Shown in pieces: positions 50,757-61,736 of a DNA stretch of 64,000 nt. The notes under the pieces are model-generated. The model was not told the origin of the DNA. It searched no databases and saw nothing but the letters and a program-made list of their open reading frames with translations. The stretch is taken from the NCBI GenBank assembly GCA_034530875.2, contig JAVRCJ020000001.1:349520-413519 (forward strand). Reading direction: 5' to 3'. Numbering within the stretch: the first letter of the stretch is position 1; every line of letters starts with the position of its first letter. Made by a program: the position numbers and the translations under genes. The stretch is from Nostoc sp. DedSLP01 (GTDB lineage Bacteria > Cyanobacteriota > Cyanobacteriia > Cyanobacteriales > Nostocaceae).

Positions 50757-51867
50757 GTCCCCTCCGCATTCACTTTTCTTGATGTTTTGCACTTTTTTGC
50801 GATTGAGTCAAGAGTCTGTTGCAACCCAATAGATTTTCATTAAGTACAAATACTCCTAATTATTCTTATAACTTAGAATACCTTGCTGTTGTCGATCGGG
50901 CTATTTTGTTTGAGATGAACAGGACATCATTTGCGGATTCGCTCCTCATCTAACTGAAGTATTTTTGAGACTAATTTTAGACCGCTAAATTGTAAGATTA
51001 CCTAATTTTATCAGTAAATACCGACTGTAGTAGAGACTCAATACAGGATCGGGAAATATAAAGCAACTTCAATTACGGCTCAAAAATATCAGGGAACTGC
51101 AATATTCGCAAGAACAAAGCATTTTGTTGCTCTCAAGCTAGTCTAACTTTAGCGATCGCTATTTCCTGTTCAATCTCTTGAATATTAAATTTGCAAATAT
51201 CTTTCACTGTAGCTTGTCGATGTCAACAACTCAATCGGACTCACTATATGACTGTAGGACTTCTTGGCACTTTACTAATTGATAAATGATGCAGCAAACT
51301 GCTGTTCCTAGCCATTCTAACTATTCAACAATGCTCCTACGATCGAGACACTACTCTTCTATAAAATTCTTTGCATTTATCAATGCTTTGCTTCAATCGT
51401 TAGCATCTCTATTAAAGAGAATTTTGGCATTTACAACAAACATCATTTTCCTACTTTTGCCATTAATACTGAACAGGTACTCCTTGCAAGGATTTTTGTC
51501 ATTGCTAAACAGTTTATGTCTCAAATAATATAAATTCGCGTAAATATATTTAAATCTATTAAAAGATTTTAACATCCGCTACTATACGCCAAGCCTCGAA
51601 AATTTCCTCCGAGCCAACTATTTAGAAAATTATATTAAGTAGAATTGCTGAGAAAAATAAAAAAATTGACATTGAAACACAACAAAAAACTTAATTTTTA
51701 GATTTTCATATCTGTAACTTGTCAAGGAGCGTAGTGCTGATTCCTTGTCCCATGCGTTAATCTAAACTCCTGTAGCAATCGATTACCCGAAATCATCAAT
51801 AAATCCGAAAACTCTACAATGACACTTGTATAAATCTCGGTGACAATCTCAGCAAACGAGGACAAAA

Positions 51868-53541
51868 ATGATGCCTGAAAGTAAATCAAAATTTCTTATT
51901 CCTGCTGTAGGTGCTGCCGTAGTTATAGTAGGAAGTATAGCGGCTTATACGTATTTAAAAAGCGGTCCATCAGGAAGCAGCTCGGACGCTCTAGGCAGTG
52001 CAAAAGTAGTGCCTTCAACAGCATTAATGGCTACTTATATTACTACTGACCCTCAAGCGTGGGAAAAATTAAAGCAATTTGGCACTCCAGAAGCACAAAA
52101 GTTAGTAGCCAAAGGTCTAGAGGATTTGAATAAGGAAATGTTCAGTGACAGTAACATTTCTTATGAAAAAGACATAAAGCCTTGGGCTGGTGGTGTCATG
52201 ATTGCTCTGTTACCACCCAATCCTGTGAAGCCAGTACAGTTAAAATTGCCCCCTGGCGCACCGACTCCACCAAAAAATGTACAGCCAGAACCAAATATTT
52301 TGGTAGTAGTGGGAATCAAAGACAAAATCAGTGCTTTGAATTTTGCTAATAAATTGAAGTCAGAAAAAGGCGTCAAATTCCAGGAATCTGACTACCAAGG
52401 TCAAAAAATTATTGAAACTACAGAAAAAGGTAAACCAACTTATAGCGTTGTTTTAGATAATAGTTACTTGGTATTAGCTCCCGAAAAGCAAGCTGTAGAA
52501 AAAGCAATTGACGCGTTTAAAGGACAGCCCTCCTTTGCTAGTAAAGAAGGTGCAAGTAGCGTTCTCAAAGGAGTGAATGTTCAAAACAGCCTTGCCCAGA
52601 TTTATGTACCAGACTATGCCGGAATGGTACAGCAATTAGCAGCCGCAAGTCCTCAGGCAACCCAGTTACCCCCACAAACCTTGTCACAACTAAAGCAGGT
52701 GAAATCTGTAGTAGCGGGTATTGGTATTGATGATGCCGGAGTGCGAGTCAAAGCGATCGCCAATTTAGATCCGCAGCTGATCAAATATCAGTATCAATCA
52801 ACTCCTGGAAATATAGTCGGGCAATTTCCCGCTGAGACTTTTGCTTTGGTAAGTGGAAATGGCATTAATCGTGGTTGGGAAACTGTAGTCGAACAGTCCA
52901 AAGACTCTCCAGAATTGAAGCAAGCTCTAGAGCAAATGCGGGGACAACTAAAATTTGTCAATATTGACCTGGATAAAGATATTTTTGGCTGGATGAACGG
53001 GGAATTTGGCTTAGCTGCCATACCATCAAATCAGGGAGTTCTGGCAAGTGTTGGTTTTGGAGGTGCTTTAGTATTTGATACAAGCGATCGCAAAACTGCC
53101 GAAGCCACCTTTACTAAATTAGATACCCTCGCCAAAACCCAAAATATCAACATCACCAATAGAAATATTGGTGGTAAAGACATAACCGAATGGCAAATCC
53201 CCCAACAAGGAGCTTTATTAGCACATGGTTGGCTAGACCAAGACACGGTATTTGTGGCTGTTGGCGGCCCCGTTGCTGACGCACTCGCCAATCGCAAAAG
53301 CGAATCCCTCGACAAGAGCGAAGCCTTCAAAGCCGTTACTGGTTCTTTGCAAAAGCCCAACAGCGGCTATTTCTACCTAGATATGGACAAAACTAAAACT
53401 TTGCCCGTAATTAATAGTTTAGTTTCTTCAGAAGCCAATACCATCCTCAGTTCTATTCGCGGCTTTGGTATCACCGCCACCAGCCCCGACAAATCCACTA
53501 GTGAATTAGAGATGCTGCTAGCTCTCAAGCCTGCCAAATAG
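51868..53541 (+). CDS. DUF3352-like membrane-anchored protein
   Basis: N-terminal TM helix; YEKDIKPWAG, DIFGWMNGEF, GYFYLDM. Confidence 0.8.
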   Translation: MMPESKSKFLIPAVGAAVVIVGSIAAYTYLKSGPSGSSSDALGSAKVVPSTALMATYITTDPQAWEKLKQFGTPEAQKLVAKGLEDLNKEMFSDSNISYEKDIKPWAGGVMIALLPPNPVKPVQLKLPPGAPTPPKNVQPEPNILVVVGIKDKISALNFANKLKSEKGVKFQESDYQGQKIIETTEKGKPTYSVVLDNSYLVLAPEKQAVEKAIDAFKGQPSFASKEGASSVLKGVNVQNSLAQIYVPDYAGMVQQLAAASPQATQLPPQTLSQLKQVKSVVAGIGIDDAGVRVKAIANLDPQLIKYQYQSTPGNIVGQFPAETFALVSGNGINRGWETVVEQSKDSPELKQALEQMRGQLKFVNIDLDKDIFGWMNGEFGLAAIPSNQGVLASVGFGGALVFDTSDRKTAEATFTKLDTLAKTQNINITNRNIGGKDITEWQIPQQGALLAHGWLDQDTVFVAVGGPVADALANRKSESLDKSEAFKAVTGSLQKPNSGYFYLDMDKTKTLPVINSLVSSEANTILSSIRGFGITATSPDKSTSELEMLLALKPAK

Positions 53542-53823
53542 TACAGGGGGCGAGGGGGAGATTAACGGAGGCAGGTGGCAGGAGGCCGTTTTTGTAACCA
53601 GGATTTATACCCTATCCCAAAAACTTTGGACGAAGTACGGTTAACCCGATTGTTTCAATAACTCTTAACTCTTGGAAACACTTGGGTTAATCGCGTCTCT
53701 CCCTACTCCCCACTCCCCATTCCCCATTCCCCATTTTCAATACAATTCAATTCATTTCATTTTTAAACTGGCATTCAGCAAATATGTCATAAGTAAAGAA
53801 GGCTGTTAAACGCAAATTGATTT

Positions 53824-54744
53824 ATGACCGCTGCTGTAAACACTAACATTGGCTTTGCTTCCCGCTTGGTGAATACCATACTGGCAATCCAGCCTTTAGC
53901 CAATCTAGCTAAGCATCAAGCTAGACAAATGATGATTAAACGTGCCCAGAGAATTGGTGTACCTTGGACTGAAGAAGTCGAAACACTAAAGGCACGTGAT
54001 TGGAAAGCCGATTTAGCTCAAGTACAGAATCCCCATATCTCCTACCCAGAATATTACTTGCGGCCATTCCACGCCTACGAAGGTGGAGACCTGAGTTGGA
54101 AAGCTGCCTGGGAGTTAGAAGTTGCGGCTCGTACCGTCCATGCTAGCATTTGGCCCGATGCAGGAGCGCAAGGAGATGCTAAACTTCGCCAAAGTTACCA
54201 CGATATTCTCAAAGCGCAACTCCCCTATCAACCCCAAAAAATTCTAGATTTGGCCTGCGGTGTGGGTTTGAGTACCTTTGCTTTGCAAGAAATTTATCCC
54301 CAAGCCCAAATTACAGGCTTAGACTTATCTCCCTACTTTCTAGCTGTTGCCCATTACCGTGCCAAGCAACGCCAAGCTAAAATTAATTGGCTTCATGCCC
54401 AAGCTGAATCTACCGGACTACCTGATGCTTCTTTTGATTTAGTTTCGGTTTTCCTCATGTGTCATGAATTACCCCAGTCAGCAACTCGAAAGATTTTCGC
54501 TGAAGCTCGGCGGGTGCTGCGTCCGGGTGGCTACTTGGCAATCATGGATATGAATCCCAATTCGGAAGTGTACAAAAAAATGCCAGCCTACATTTTGACG
54601 TTGCTTAAAAGCACTGAACCGTATTTAGATGAATATTTTGCTTTGGACATTGAGCAAGCTATCATTGAGGCGGGTTTCCAAACTCCAACGATCGCAAACA
54701 ATACTCATCGTCACCGTACAATTATCGCTCAGGTGAGTGGTTGA
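53824..54744 (+). CDS. Class I SAM-dependent methyltransferase
   Basis: ILDLACGVG, GLDLSPYFL, RVLRPGG. Confidence 0.92.
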   Translation: MTAAVNTNIGFASRLVNTILAIQPLANLAKHQARQMMIKRAQRIGVPWTEEVETLKARDWKADLAQVQNPHISYPEYYLRPFHAYEGGDLSWKAAWELEVAARTVHASIWPDAGAQGDAKLRQSYHDILKAQLPYQPQKILDLACGVGLSTFALQEIYPQAQITGLDLSPYFLAVAHYRAKQRQAKINWLHAQAESTGLPDASFDLVSVFLMCHELPQSATRKIFAEARRVLRPGGYLAIMDMNPNSEVYKKMPAYILTLLKSTEPYLDEYFALDIEQAIIEAGFQTPTIANNTHRHRTIIAQVSG

Positions 54745-55702
54745 TTTATCTCTAGTTTTTTGGGCAGCAATACCACCCTTGCTGCTGCTAGCCTACTATT
54801 CTTGCCGGATAAGATTTGCCCCACCTGTTTTCAGGTTACTTATGTTCTTCATCTTCGGGGCAATATCCGGTTTTTTAGCCCTTAGTCTAGAATCGATTTT
54901 TGAAATTGTAGCCAACTGGGTTGTAAACTGGCATCAAATTAAGCGATCGCTTCCTGGTATAGCCTTGCGCCAGCTTGTAGAAATAGGCCCAATTGAAGAA
55001 GGCTGCAAGTTAGCTGCGGTTGTTATCCCAATCTATCTGCAACGCAGGTATCGATTACTTCTCTCTAGCGTTTTCCTCTTAACTATAGCCGTTGCCCTTG
55101 GATTCACTGCCGAAGAGAACTGGATATATATTTTTCACGGTACAGCATCAATTTTTGAACGTACTATCGGTACCCCAGTCCATGCAATGTTCTCTGCACC
55201 TTGGGGATATGCGTTAGGAATTTATATTTCCTCAAAAACTCGATTAAATCGAGGCAAGAAATTTATGATAAGGGCTTGGCTAAATTCTGTAATTTGTCAT
55301 ACCATAGTTAATTTTTTATCTAGTGCTTGGGGTTACTCACTACCCTTGCGTTTTTTGAGTTATGGTTTATTCCCCTTTCTGTTGTGGATGTTTTGGCGAT
55401 TGGAACAATTAGTGCGAAAAGTCCAAGGCAAACCTCCCATTATTCTGATTTCCGGTCATACGCCCCAAAAGCGTTACTGGCACAGAAGTTTAGTACTGTT
55501 TGCCCTTGTACTGGGCGGAAATGCTATTTTTGGTCTGTTTCTCTTAGTCAGGGTTATTAGTCCGTTGCATCCATCAAAGTTTTTTGACCCTGAGATACTG
55601 TGGTTTATACTGACTCGCTTTTTACTCAATCTCTTTTTTGGAGTTTTAGCCTGGGTTATTTATCGGTATTTACGATATATTGCCCGTCGCCGGTCTTTTT
55701 AA
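54737..55702 (+). CDS. PrsW-family intramembrane protease
   Basis: IEEGCK, LGFTAEEN, PVHAMF. Confidence 0.85.
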   Translation: MVDLSLVFWAAIPPLLLLAYYSCRIRFAPPVFRLLMFFIFGAISGFLALSLESIFEIVANWVVNWHQIKRSLPGIALRQLVEIGPIEEGCKLAAVVIPIYLQRRYRLLLSSVFLLTIAVALGFTAEENWIYIFHGTASIFERTIGTPVHAMFSAPWGYALGIYISSKTRLNRGKKFMIRAWLNSVICHTIVNFLSSAWGYSLPLRFLSYGLFPFLLWMFWRLEQLVRKVQGKPPIILISGHTPQKRYWHRSLVLFALVLGGNAIFGLFLLVRVISPLHPSKFFDPEILWFILTRFLLNLFFGVLAWVIYRYLRYIARRRSF

Positions 55703-55755
55703 AATATGATTTACCCATTATGTGGATTAGACGCTAAAACCCTTGATTTATCGTT

Positions 55756-55786
55756 GTAGAGACGTTGCAGTGCAACGTCTCTACAG
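55756..55786. repeat. REP-like palindrome
   Basis: TGTAGAGACGTTGCA-G-TGCAACGTCTCTACA. Confidence 0.8.
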
Positions 55787-55807
55787 GGTGCACTTCGTGA
55801 ACGCAGA

Positions 55808-55852
55808 AATCGCTATGAGATTATTGATGGAGAATTATTTGTGACCATTTAG
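55808..55852 (+). pseudogene. Tiny remnant of a Uma2 gene
   Basis: Translates to NRYEIIDGELFVT, the typical Uma2 N-terminal strand motif. Confidence 0.5.
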
Positions 55853-55922
55853 TCGATCGTAGGGCATGAGATAAGGAAGATGAGAGACTAATAGACAATA
55901 GCCCATGCCCAATGCCCAATAC

Positions 55923-57191
55923 CTAAACCTCTGCTAATACTGGTTGACTTACCGCTGGACTGATTGAATTTGAATCAGACTCAGTAGTGTAAATTTCGCA
56001 GGAGTTATTAGGACTTTCAAAAAGTTTAACTTTGTAAAGCTCGGCTCCTAATTCTTGAATGGGCGATCGCAGTAAATTACTAATATAAAGTGCGATATTC
56101 TCGCTAGTAGGTACAACTTTGCCAAAGTAAGGAATGTCTTCGTTGATAAAAGTGTGATCGAATTGTTCTACCACATCATTTTTGATAATCTGATTCAAAG
56201 CACCCAAATCGACAATCATACCAGTAGTTGGGTCAATCTCTCCTTTGACAGTAACTTCTAGGTAATAATTGTGTCCGTGGCCGTGGGGACGCGCACACTT
56301 ACCATAAATCTCAGTGTTTTTTTCTTGACTAAGGTTAGGGTCAGCCAGCCGATGGGCAGCGCTGAAGTAAGTACTGACGGTGAAATAGGTTTCCGTGCCG
56401 TTTTTGGCATAATCTGCCCAAAGTTCGTGACTTTCAAACAGCCTAACTTTGTGCAGTTCCACTCCCAATTTTTGGACGGGTGCAGCCAGTAAACGATTAA
56501 TGTATAGTGAAATATTTTCGGTAGTAGGAACAATCTCGGCAAAATAAGGAATGTCTTTGTTTAAACACGAGTGATCCAGTGGTTCCACTGCATAATCTTC
56601 CACTACTTGCTTTAAAGCATCTACATCTACGATCGCACCAGTACGTGGATCGATTTTCCCTTTCACAGTCACTTCCAAATGGTAGTTGTGTCCGTGGGTA
56701 CGGGTGCATTTACCGTATTTCTCAGGACTAATGTTAGGAGCTAGTCTATGTGCGGCGCTAAAGTGAGTGCTGATGGTGAGATAGGCTTCTATTCCCTCTC
56801 CCGTATAATCTGCCCAAAGTTCAGAATTTTCAAACAACTGGACGCCGACTATAGGTAAGTGGGGTGCTAGCCGTTGCCAGATTACCCGTGCAATATTTTC
56901 AGTGGTAGGTAGAGTTTCTTGAAAATCTGCCCACACATCATTGAGATAAGAAAAGTCTAGTTGGTTTGTAACTTCCCGCTTGATTACATGTTTCACGTCC
57001 GACAAATTCAACACCATACCATATTCGTCTACTTCTCCACCAAGAGAAATCAATAAGACATAGTTATGCCCTTGTCCGGGAAATTTCGCTCTCACACTAA
57101 ATTTCTCAATATTCTCAGCTTCACTCAGTTCTGGTAACCAATAACGATGACTTGCCGAAAACTGAGCGCGGCGATTGATAATGCATTTCAT
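55923..57191 (-). CDS. 6-pyruvoyltetrahydropterin/6-carboxytetrahydropterin synthase with three tandem T-fold domains
   Basis: Three copies of FSA[AS]HR...GHNY...D[FH]..[LI]N..PT.ENI...LFE. Confidence 0.92.
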   Translation of the reverse strand: MKCIINRRAQFSASHRYWLPELSEAENIEKFSVRAKFPGQGHNYVLLISLGGEVDEYGMVLNLSDVKHVIKREVTNQLDFSYLNDVWADFQETLPTTENIARVIWQRLAPHLPIVGVQLFENSELWADYTGEGIEAYLTISTHFSAAHRLAPNISPEKYGKCTRTHGHNYHLEVTVKGKIDPRTGAIVDVDALKQVVEDYAVEPLDHSCLNKDIPYFAEIVPTTENISLYINRLLAAPVQKLGVELHKVRLFESHELWADYAKNGTETYFTVSTYFSAAHRLADPNLSQEKNTEIYGKCARPHGHGHNYYLEVTVKGEIDPTTGMIVDLGALNQIIKNDVVEQFDHTFINEDIPYFGKVVPTSENIALYISNLLRSPIQELGAELYKVKLFESPNNSCEIYTTESDSNSISPAVSQPVLAEV

Positions 57192-57342
57192 AGGTATAGT
57201 GGCAATAAAACTTCAAATTTCTTAATCTTTTACCACTTCCAGCATAAACTAATTCTTGTGTCATTAGTCATTGGTCATTGGTCATTAGTCATTAGTCTTT
57301 CTTTGCGTTCTCTGTCTTTCCATAACCAATGGCCAATGCCCA

Positions 57343-58044
57343 TTAACCTATTGATGCTTGTGCTTCACAGTGTAATCTCGTAGCTATGCGGAATAGTTCT
57401 TGACCTGTGTGCAAATAGCGCTCATCGTAGTTCAAAGGAAAATAACCTAACTCTTCAATTCCATCTGCTAATTGGTCGAGGCTGTAGTAAAGGTGAGCCG
57501 CTGTTCTTGCCAAACTAGGGGGATTGGGGAGGGAACGAAAAGTAGTTTGTGCTTGCTTCAAGTCGTTACGACAGGTTTTTAAGTATTCCTGAAATTCATC
57601 TAACAACTCATCGTCAAAGGGATCGGCAGCTAATTGCTCCATTTGTTCTTCTAAAGAATAAAGAATGGTACAAAGTAAGCGGTTTACTGGTTGATAAACC
57701 TTACGCAGCCATTCTTCGACTTCCTCATCAGCATCCCGTCCTGTTTTACGGGTTGCTTGGTAACGTTTTTGGGCTGATGCTGTACGCTGTTGGCGATCGC
57801 CATCTAATTTTCGAGATTTATCTTGCAGTTGTCGATCGTAATTCTGACGATTTTGGTTATCGCCTAAGACCTCATAAGCTGCATTGATGCGGATAATCTC
57901 CTCGCGATCGGCTGTTTCCTGATTGCTATCAGGATGAAATAGCTTTACCAAGCGGCGATAAGCTTGCTTAATTTCCGCTTGGCTAGCATTTGGATTGACT
58001 TTGAGAGTTTCGTAATGGTTAGAAACGTGTTTAGAATTGACCAT
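57343..58044 (-). CDS. J-domain (DnaJ-like) protein
   Basis: HYETL, IKQAYRRL, HPD, INAAYEVL. Confidence 0.92.
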   Translation of the reverse strand: MVNSKHVSNHYETLKVNPNASQAEIKQAYRRLVKLFHPDSNQETADREEIIRINAAYEVLGDNQNRQNYDRQLQDKSRKLDGDRQQRTASAQKRYQATRKTGRDADEEVEEWLRKVYQPVNRLLCTILYSLEEQMEQLAADPFDDELLDEFQEYLKTCRNDLKQAQTTFRSLPNPPSLARTAAHLYYSLDQLADGIEELGYFPLNYDERYLHTGQELFRIATRLHCEAQASIG

Positions 58045-58059
58045 TAATTGAATTTATCG

Positions 58060-59022
58060 TTAGCTGACGCTAGCGGCTAACTTGGTCTCCAAGTCTTGGA
58101 ACAGCGGTGTACTTAAATACCTTTCTCCAAAACTCGGCTGGATCGTTACAATTAAACGCCCTTGATTTTCTTTCCGTTGAGCAACGCGAATTGCTGCACA
58201 TAAAGCAGCGCCACTGGAAATTCCAGATAGTAGCCCTTCTTCTTTTGCCAAACGCCGACTATAGGCGATCGCTTCTTCATCAGTGACAGTAATTATCTCA
58301 TCAATCAATTTTATCTTTAGCACCTGGGGAATAAACCCAGCGCCAATTCCTTGGATTTTGTGGGGCCCTGGTCGTCCCCCAGATAAAACTGGGCTATTGG
58401 CCGGTTCAACAGCGATCGCCTTAGCATTAGGCTTGCGTGCTTTAATCACTTCTGCTACACCAGTAATCGTACCACCCGTACCCACTCCTGCCACGATTAT
58501 ATCTACTTGTCCATCAGTATCTTCCCAGATTTCCTCTGCTGTAGTTTCCCGATGCACTTTTGCATTGGCTGGATTGCGGAACTGCTGCAACATGTAGGTG
58601 TTTGGCATACTATTAACTATCTGCTGCGCTCTGCTAATTGCCCCACTCATGCCCTCCATTCCTGGTGTTAATTCCAGTTCTGCTCCGTAAGCCCGCAACA
58701 TTGCCCGTCGCTCCCCACTCATGGTCTCTGGCATGGTTAAAATTAACCGGTAACCCTTAGCTGCTGCTGCCATTGCCAAAGCAATACCAGTATTTCCGGA
58801 AGTGGGTTCTACTAATACTGTCTTACCAGGACTAATTAGCCCCTCCTCCTCGGCAGCAGCGATCATACTTACCCCAATTCGGTCTTTAACTGATGCTGAT
58901 GGGTTCATACTTTCTAGTTTCACCACAATTTCAGCAACACATCCTTCACTTTGGGGAATACGGCTTAACTGCACTAAGGGTGTACGGCCGACTAATTCTG
59001 TAATGTTACGAGCAATTCGCAT
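58060..59022 (-). CDS. cysK: Cysteine synthase A
   Basis: [31 protein letters not shown]. Confidence 0.97.
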   Translation of the reverse strand: MRIARNITELVGRTPLVQLSRIPQSEGCVAEIVVKLESMNPSASVKDRIGVSMIAAAEEEGLISPGKTVLVEPTSGNTGIALAMAAAAKGYRLILTMPETMSGERRAMLRAYGAELELTPGMEGMSGAISRAQQIVNSMPNTYMLQQFRNPANAKVHRETTAEEIWEDTDGQVDIIVAGVGTGGTITGVAEVIKARKPNAKAIAVEPANSPVLSGGRPGPHKIQGIGAGFIPQVLKIKLIDEIITVTDEEAIAYSRRLAKEEGLLSGISSGAALCAAIRVAQRKENQGRLIVTIQPSFGERYLSTPLFQDLETKLAASVS

Positions 59023-59115
59023 AATTTCTTCCTGAGTTATTTGTTTGTCAAATAGGGTATGGGCACAGGCAAAGACGCAAGGAAAAACCAATGACAAATG
59101 ACAAATGACTATTGA

Positions 59116-59553
59116 CTAAATGTAGTACATGATGTCTAACTGCCGTCGGGAATTTAGTTTTTCACAAAGATCCTGGAGCGTATATTTTTGTAGCACTGAG
59201 TTTGCAGCGCGACTTGCTTCTTGCCAAATTTCTTCAATAACTGAACTGTCTGGCTTTTGGGAATTAAGGTCTTCTTCACACGCTGTTACCTCCAAACCTT
59301 CTAAACATTCCAAAATCTCAAAAAGGACAATTTTTCGAGGTTCTCTAGTTAATAAATAACCACCTTTTGACCCTCGTTGACTCTTGACTATACCACCACG
59401 CCTCAAAGTTGCTAATAGTTGTTCTAAATAGCGATCGGGTATGTTTTGTTGGGCTGCAATTTGCCGAATTTGTAGAGGTTCACCACTTTCGTAATGAGCA
59501 GCCATCTCTAATAAAGCAAGAATTCCGTATTCACATTTACACGATAGTTCCAC
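59116..59553 (-). CDS. Rrf2-family transcriptional regulator (CymR-like context)
   Basis: YLEQLL, SQRGSKGGY; directly upstream of cysK. Confidence 0.93.
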   Translation of the reverse strand: MELSCKCEYGILALLEMAAHYESGEPLQIRQIAAQQNIPDRYLEQLLATLRRGGIVKSQRGSKGGYLLTREPRKIVLFEILECLEGLEVTACEEDLNSQKPDSSVIEEIWQEASRAANSVLQKYTLQDLCEKLNSRRQLDIMYYI

Positions 59554-59953
59554 AAGCAATAAATAATAAAGTTAAAAGTTGGAAGTTAGGAGCCATGCAA
59601 ATTGGGATTTGAGATTTGGGATTTTTGCTTCAATCAAAAATCCAAGTTGTGCTACAAACAGACCAAAGTTGCCACACAAAATCTAAAATTGCTAAAGTTA
59701 GAAGTCTTGACAATTAATTTCAATAAGCTTTAAGTACACAACCTAAGTCTGGTAGTCTCAAGCAAAGACTGTTTTACTTATCAATTCTTGATTATGCTGT
59801 AGTTTTCAACTTATATAGCTGTAGCCAGATAGGTTAGGACATTTTCAAAGCTTGAATGCTGGGAATAGTAAGACTTTCCCTCCTGCGTCCTGCTATAGCT
59901 CCTAACTCTTCTAGTATACTACGGTTAACGAGTGGGGTTTATTTGTTAGTATC

Positions 59954-59986
59954 AAAAATAAAAAGCCCCGCTGTGAGGCGGGGAGC
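59954..59986 (-). terminator. Intrinsic terminator of the porin gene
   Basis: Minus strand CCCGC-ctcaca-GCGGG followed by GCTTTTTATTTTT. Confidence 0.75.
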
Positions 59987-60020
59987 AATTAAGTTAAATT
60001 ATTGGCAGATTTTAAAGGCT

Positions 60021-61736
60021 CTAGAAGGTGAAGGTTGTTCTCAGCGTACCGATAATTGCATCATCGTTAGCGCTGTTTTGACCAGGAGAAGTCAACCAGA
60101 TCACACCAGGAGTAATTGACACATTATCTGATACCTGATACTTGTAGAAGCCTTCAAAGTGATAAGGTATGTCATTGCCAACAAAACCTGCTCGGTTACG
60201 TGCATAGGGTTCTGCACCAGCAAAAATACCTAAGACGTTGCCTTTTTTACCGAAATCAGGTAAAGCTACACCTACACCGTAGCTCCAAGCTTCAAAATCA
60301 TCACCGACACCGAAGCCTGTAACATCATGGTAAGAAACAAAGCCACTAATTGATAGTTTGTCGCTGGGTCTAAACGCAGCAGACACACCGTAGGAATTAG
60401 TGGAAGATCCATTTACAAGACTCAGAGTGTTAGCTTGTCCGGTACCTACGGAAACCTCTGGGTCTGTTGCAGAACCGGAGTTAAACAAGAAACCACCTGC
60501 GGCATTATAACCGTGGACGTAGGTTGCAGCTAAAGCTAAGCGATCGCCTACACTAAAGTTCAACTGTCCTAAAGCAGCATAGTCGCCGTTGGTAAGACCT
60601 GAACTTAGACCAGGATTATTAGCTTCTGATGCCAAGTAACCTGCGGTGATTGAACTATTACCCAGGATACCGCCACCTTTACCCAATGGTATATTCAGTG
60701 CTATACCTGCACCACCACCAATTCGATAGATAGGGCTTTCAGAAGCAAAGGTAGACAAAGCACCGTTACCACCGTCGGTTTGATCGAAGAAGTAAGGGTT
60801 GTTGACAGCTGCGTAATGGCTGTGTCGTCCGCCACTAGCTGCAAGATAAACTTGGGCTGGACCTATGGGAGCTTCATAAGTCAAACGGTCGATGTTAACG
60901 CTATTGTTACCATCGCCAATACCGACTTGATATGTTTGTGTGCCTTCAGCAGTATTGATTACGCCACCAGCGTTATCAATTTGTGTAAAGGCCGAGCTGT
61001 TACCAGCAGCAAGACGGGTGTGCAATACGTCTCTACCAGTGAAGCTGGTTTGCAAGTCTAAACGTACTCTGTCTTGGAAGACTGTGTTGTTAGCATCGCC
61101 AGTGTTACCGCCAAAAATATCACTAGCTGCAAAAACAGCTTCACCGACTAGTTTAGTGGTAGTAGAGAACTGATTGGCTTCTAATTCAGCGGTACGTGCT
61201 TCTAAGGCATCTACACGACCGCGCAGGGTTGCCAGTTCTGCGGAAAATTCTTCTTGTAACCGCTGTAAGGTAGCTAAGTCTTGTTTGGTTACCAAGTCAG
61301 CTGTTGCTGTGGCAATCAATTCATTAACTCTGTCCAAACAAGCATTCAAACCAGCAGCAAATTCATAACGGGTTAAAGCACGGTTACCGCGATAAGTAGC
61401 ATTGGGATAACCTGCTATACAACCATAGCGCTCAACCAAAGACTGCAATGCTTGGAATGCCCAATCAGTCGGTTGTACATCAGAAAATTGGGAAACTGAT
61501 GTTACTTGAGACTGAGAGTTACCGGCATTACCTTCGTTACTGTAGCGGTTAACTTGGTCTAAGGTTGTTTGAGCCAGTATATCTGGCTGTTGGACAACTT
61601 CAGCTACGCTTGATTTTTCAGTTGCTGATACTTCAGCCGTTGTATTTGGGGCAGCAATTACTGTTGTTGAAACTAATAATGTTGCTCCCAAAACTGCTGG
61701 GCTAATCGCTAAGGATTTCCACAAGAGATTAGACAT
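60021..61736 (-). CDS. SLH-domain cyanobacterial outer-membrane porin (SomA/OprB-like)
   Basis: SDVQPTDWAFQAL, TRYEFAAGL, QFSTTTKL, C-terminal LRTTFTF. Confidence 0.95.
   Translation of the reverse strand: MSNLLWKSLAISPAVLGATLLVSTTVIAAPNTTAEVSATEKSSVAEVVQQPDILAQTTLDQVNRYSNEGNAGNSQSQVTSVSQFSDVQPTDWAFQALQSLVERYGCIAGYPNATYRGNRALTRYEFAAGLNACLDRVNELIATATADLVTKQDLATLQRLQEEFSAELATLRGRVDALEARTAELEANQFSTTTKLVGEAVFAASDIFGGNTGDANNTVFQDRVRLDLQTSFTGRDVLHTRLAAGNSSAFTQIDNAGGVINTAEGTQTYQVGIGDGNNSVNIDRLTYEAPIGPAQVYLAASGGRHSHYAAVNNPYFFDQTDGGNGALSTFASESPIYRIGGGAGIALNIPLGKGGGILGNSSITAGYLASEANNPGLSSGLTNGDYAALGQLNFSVGDRLALAATYVHGYNAAGGFLFNSGSATDPEVSVGTGQANTLSLVNGSSTNSYGVSAAFRPSDKLSISGFVSYHDVTGFGVGDDFEAWSYGVGVALPDFGKKGNVLGIFAGAEPYARNRAGFVGNDIPYHFEGFYKYQVSDNVSITPGVIWLTSPGQNSANDDAIIGTLRTTFTF

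Noticed and set aside
51286..51528. 80-aa ORF in the large intergenic gap
   Set aside because: No SD or recognisable motif; cannot be supported without conservation data
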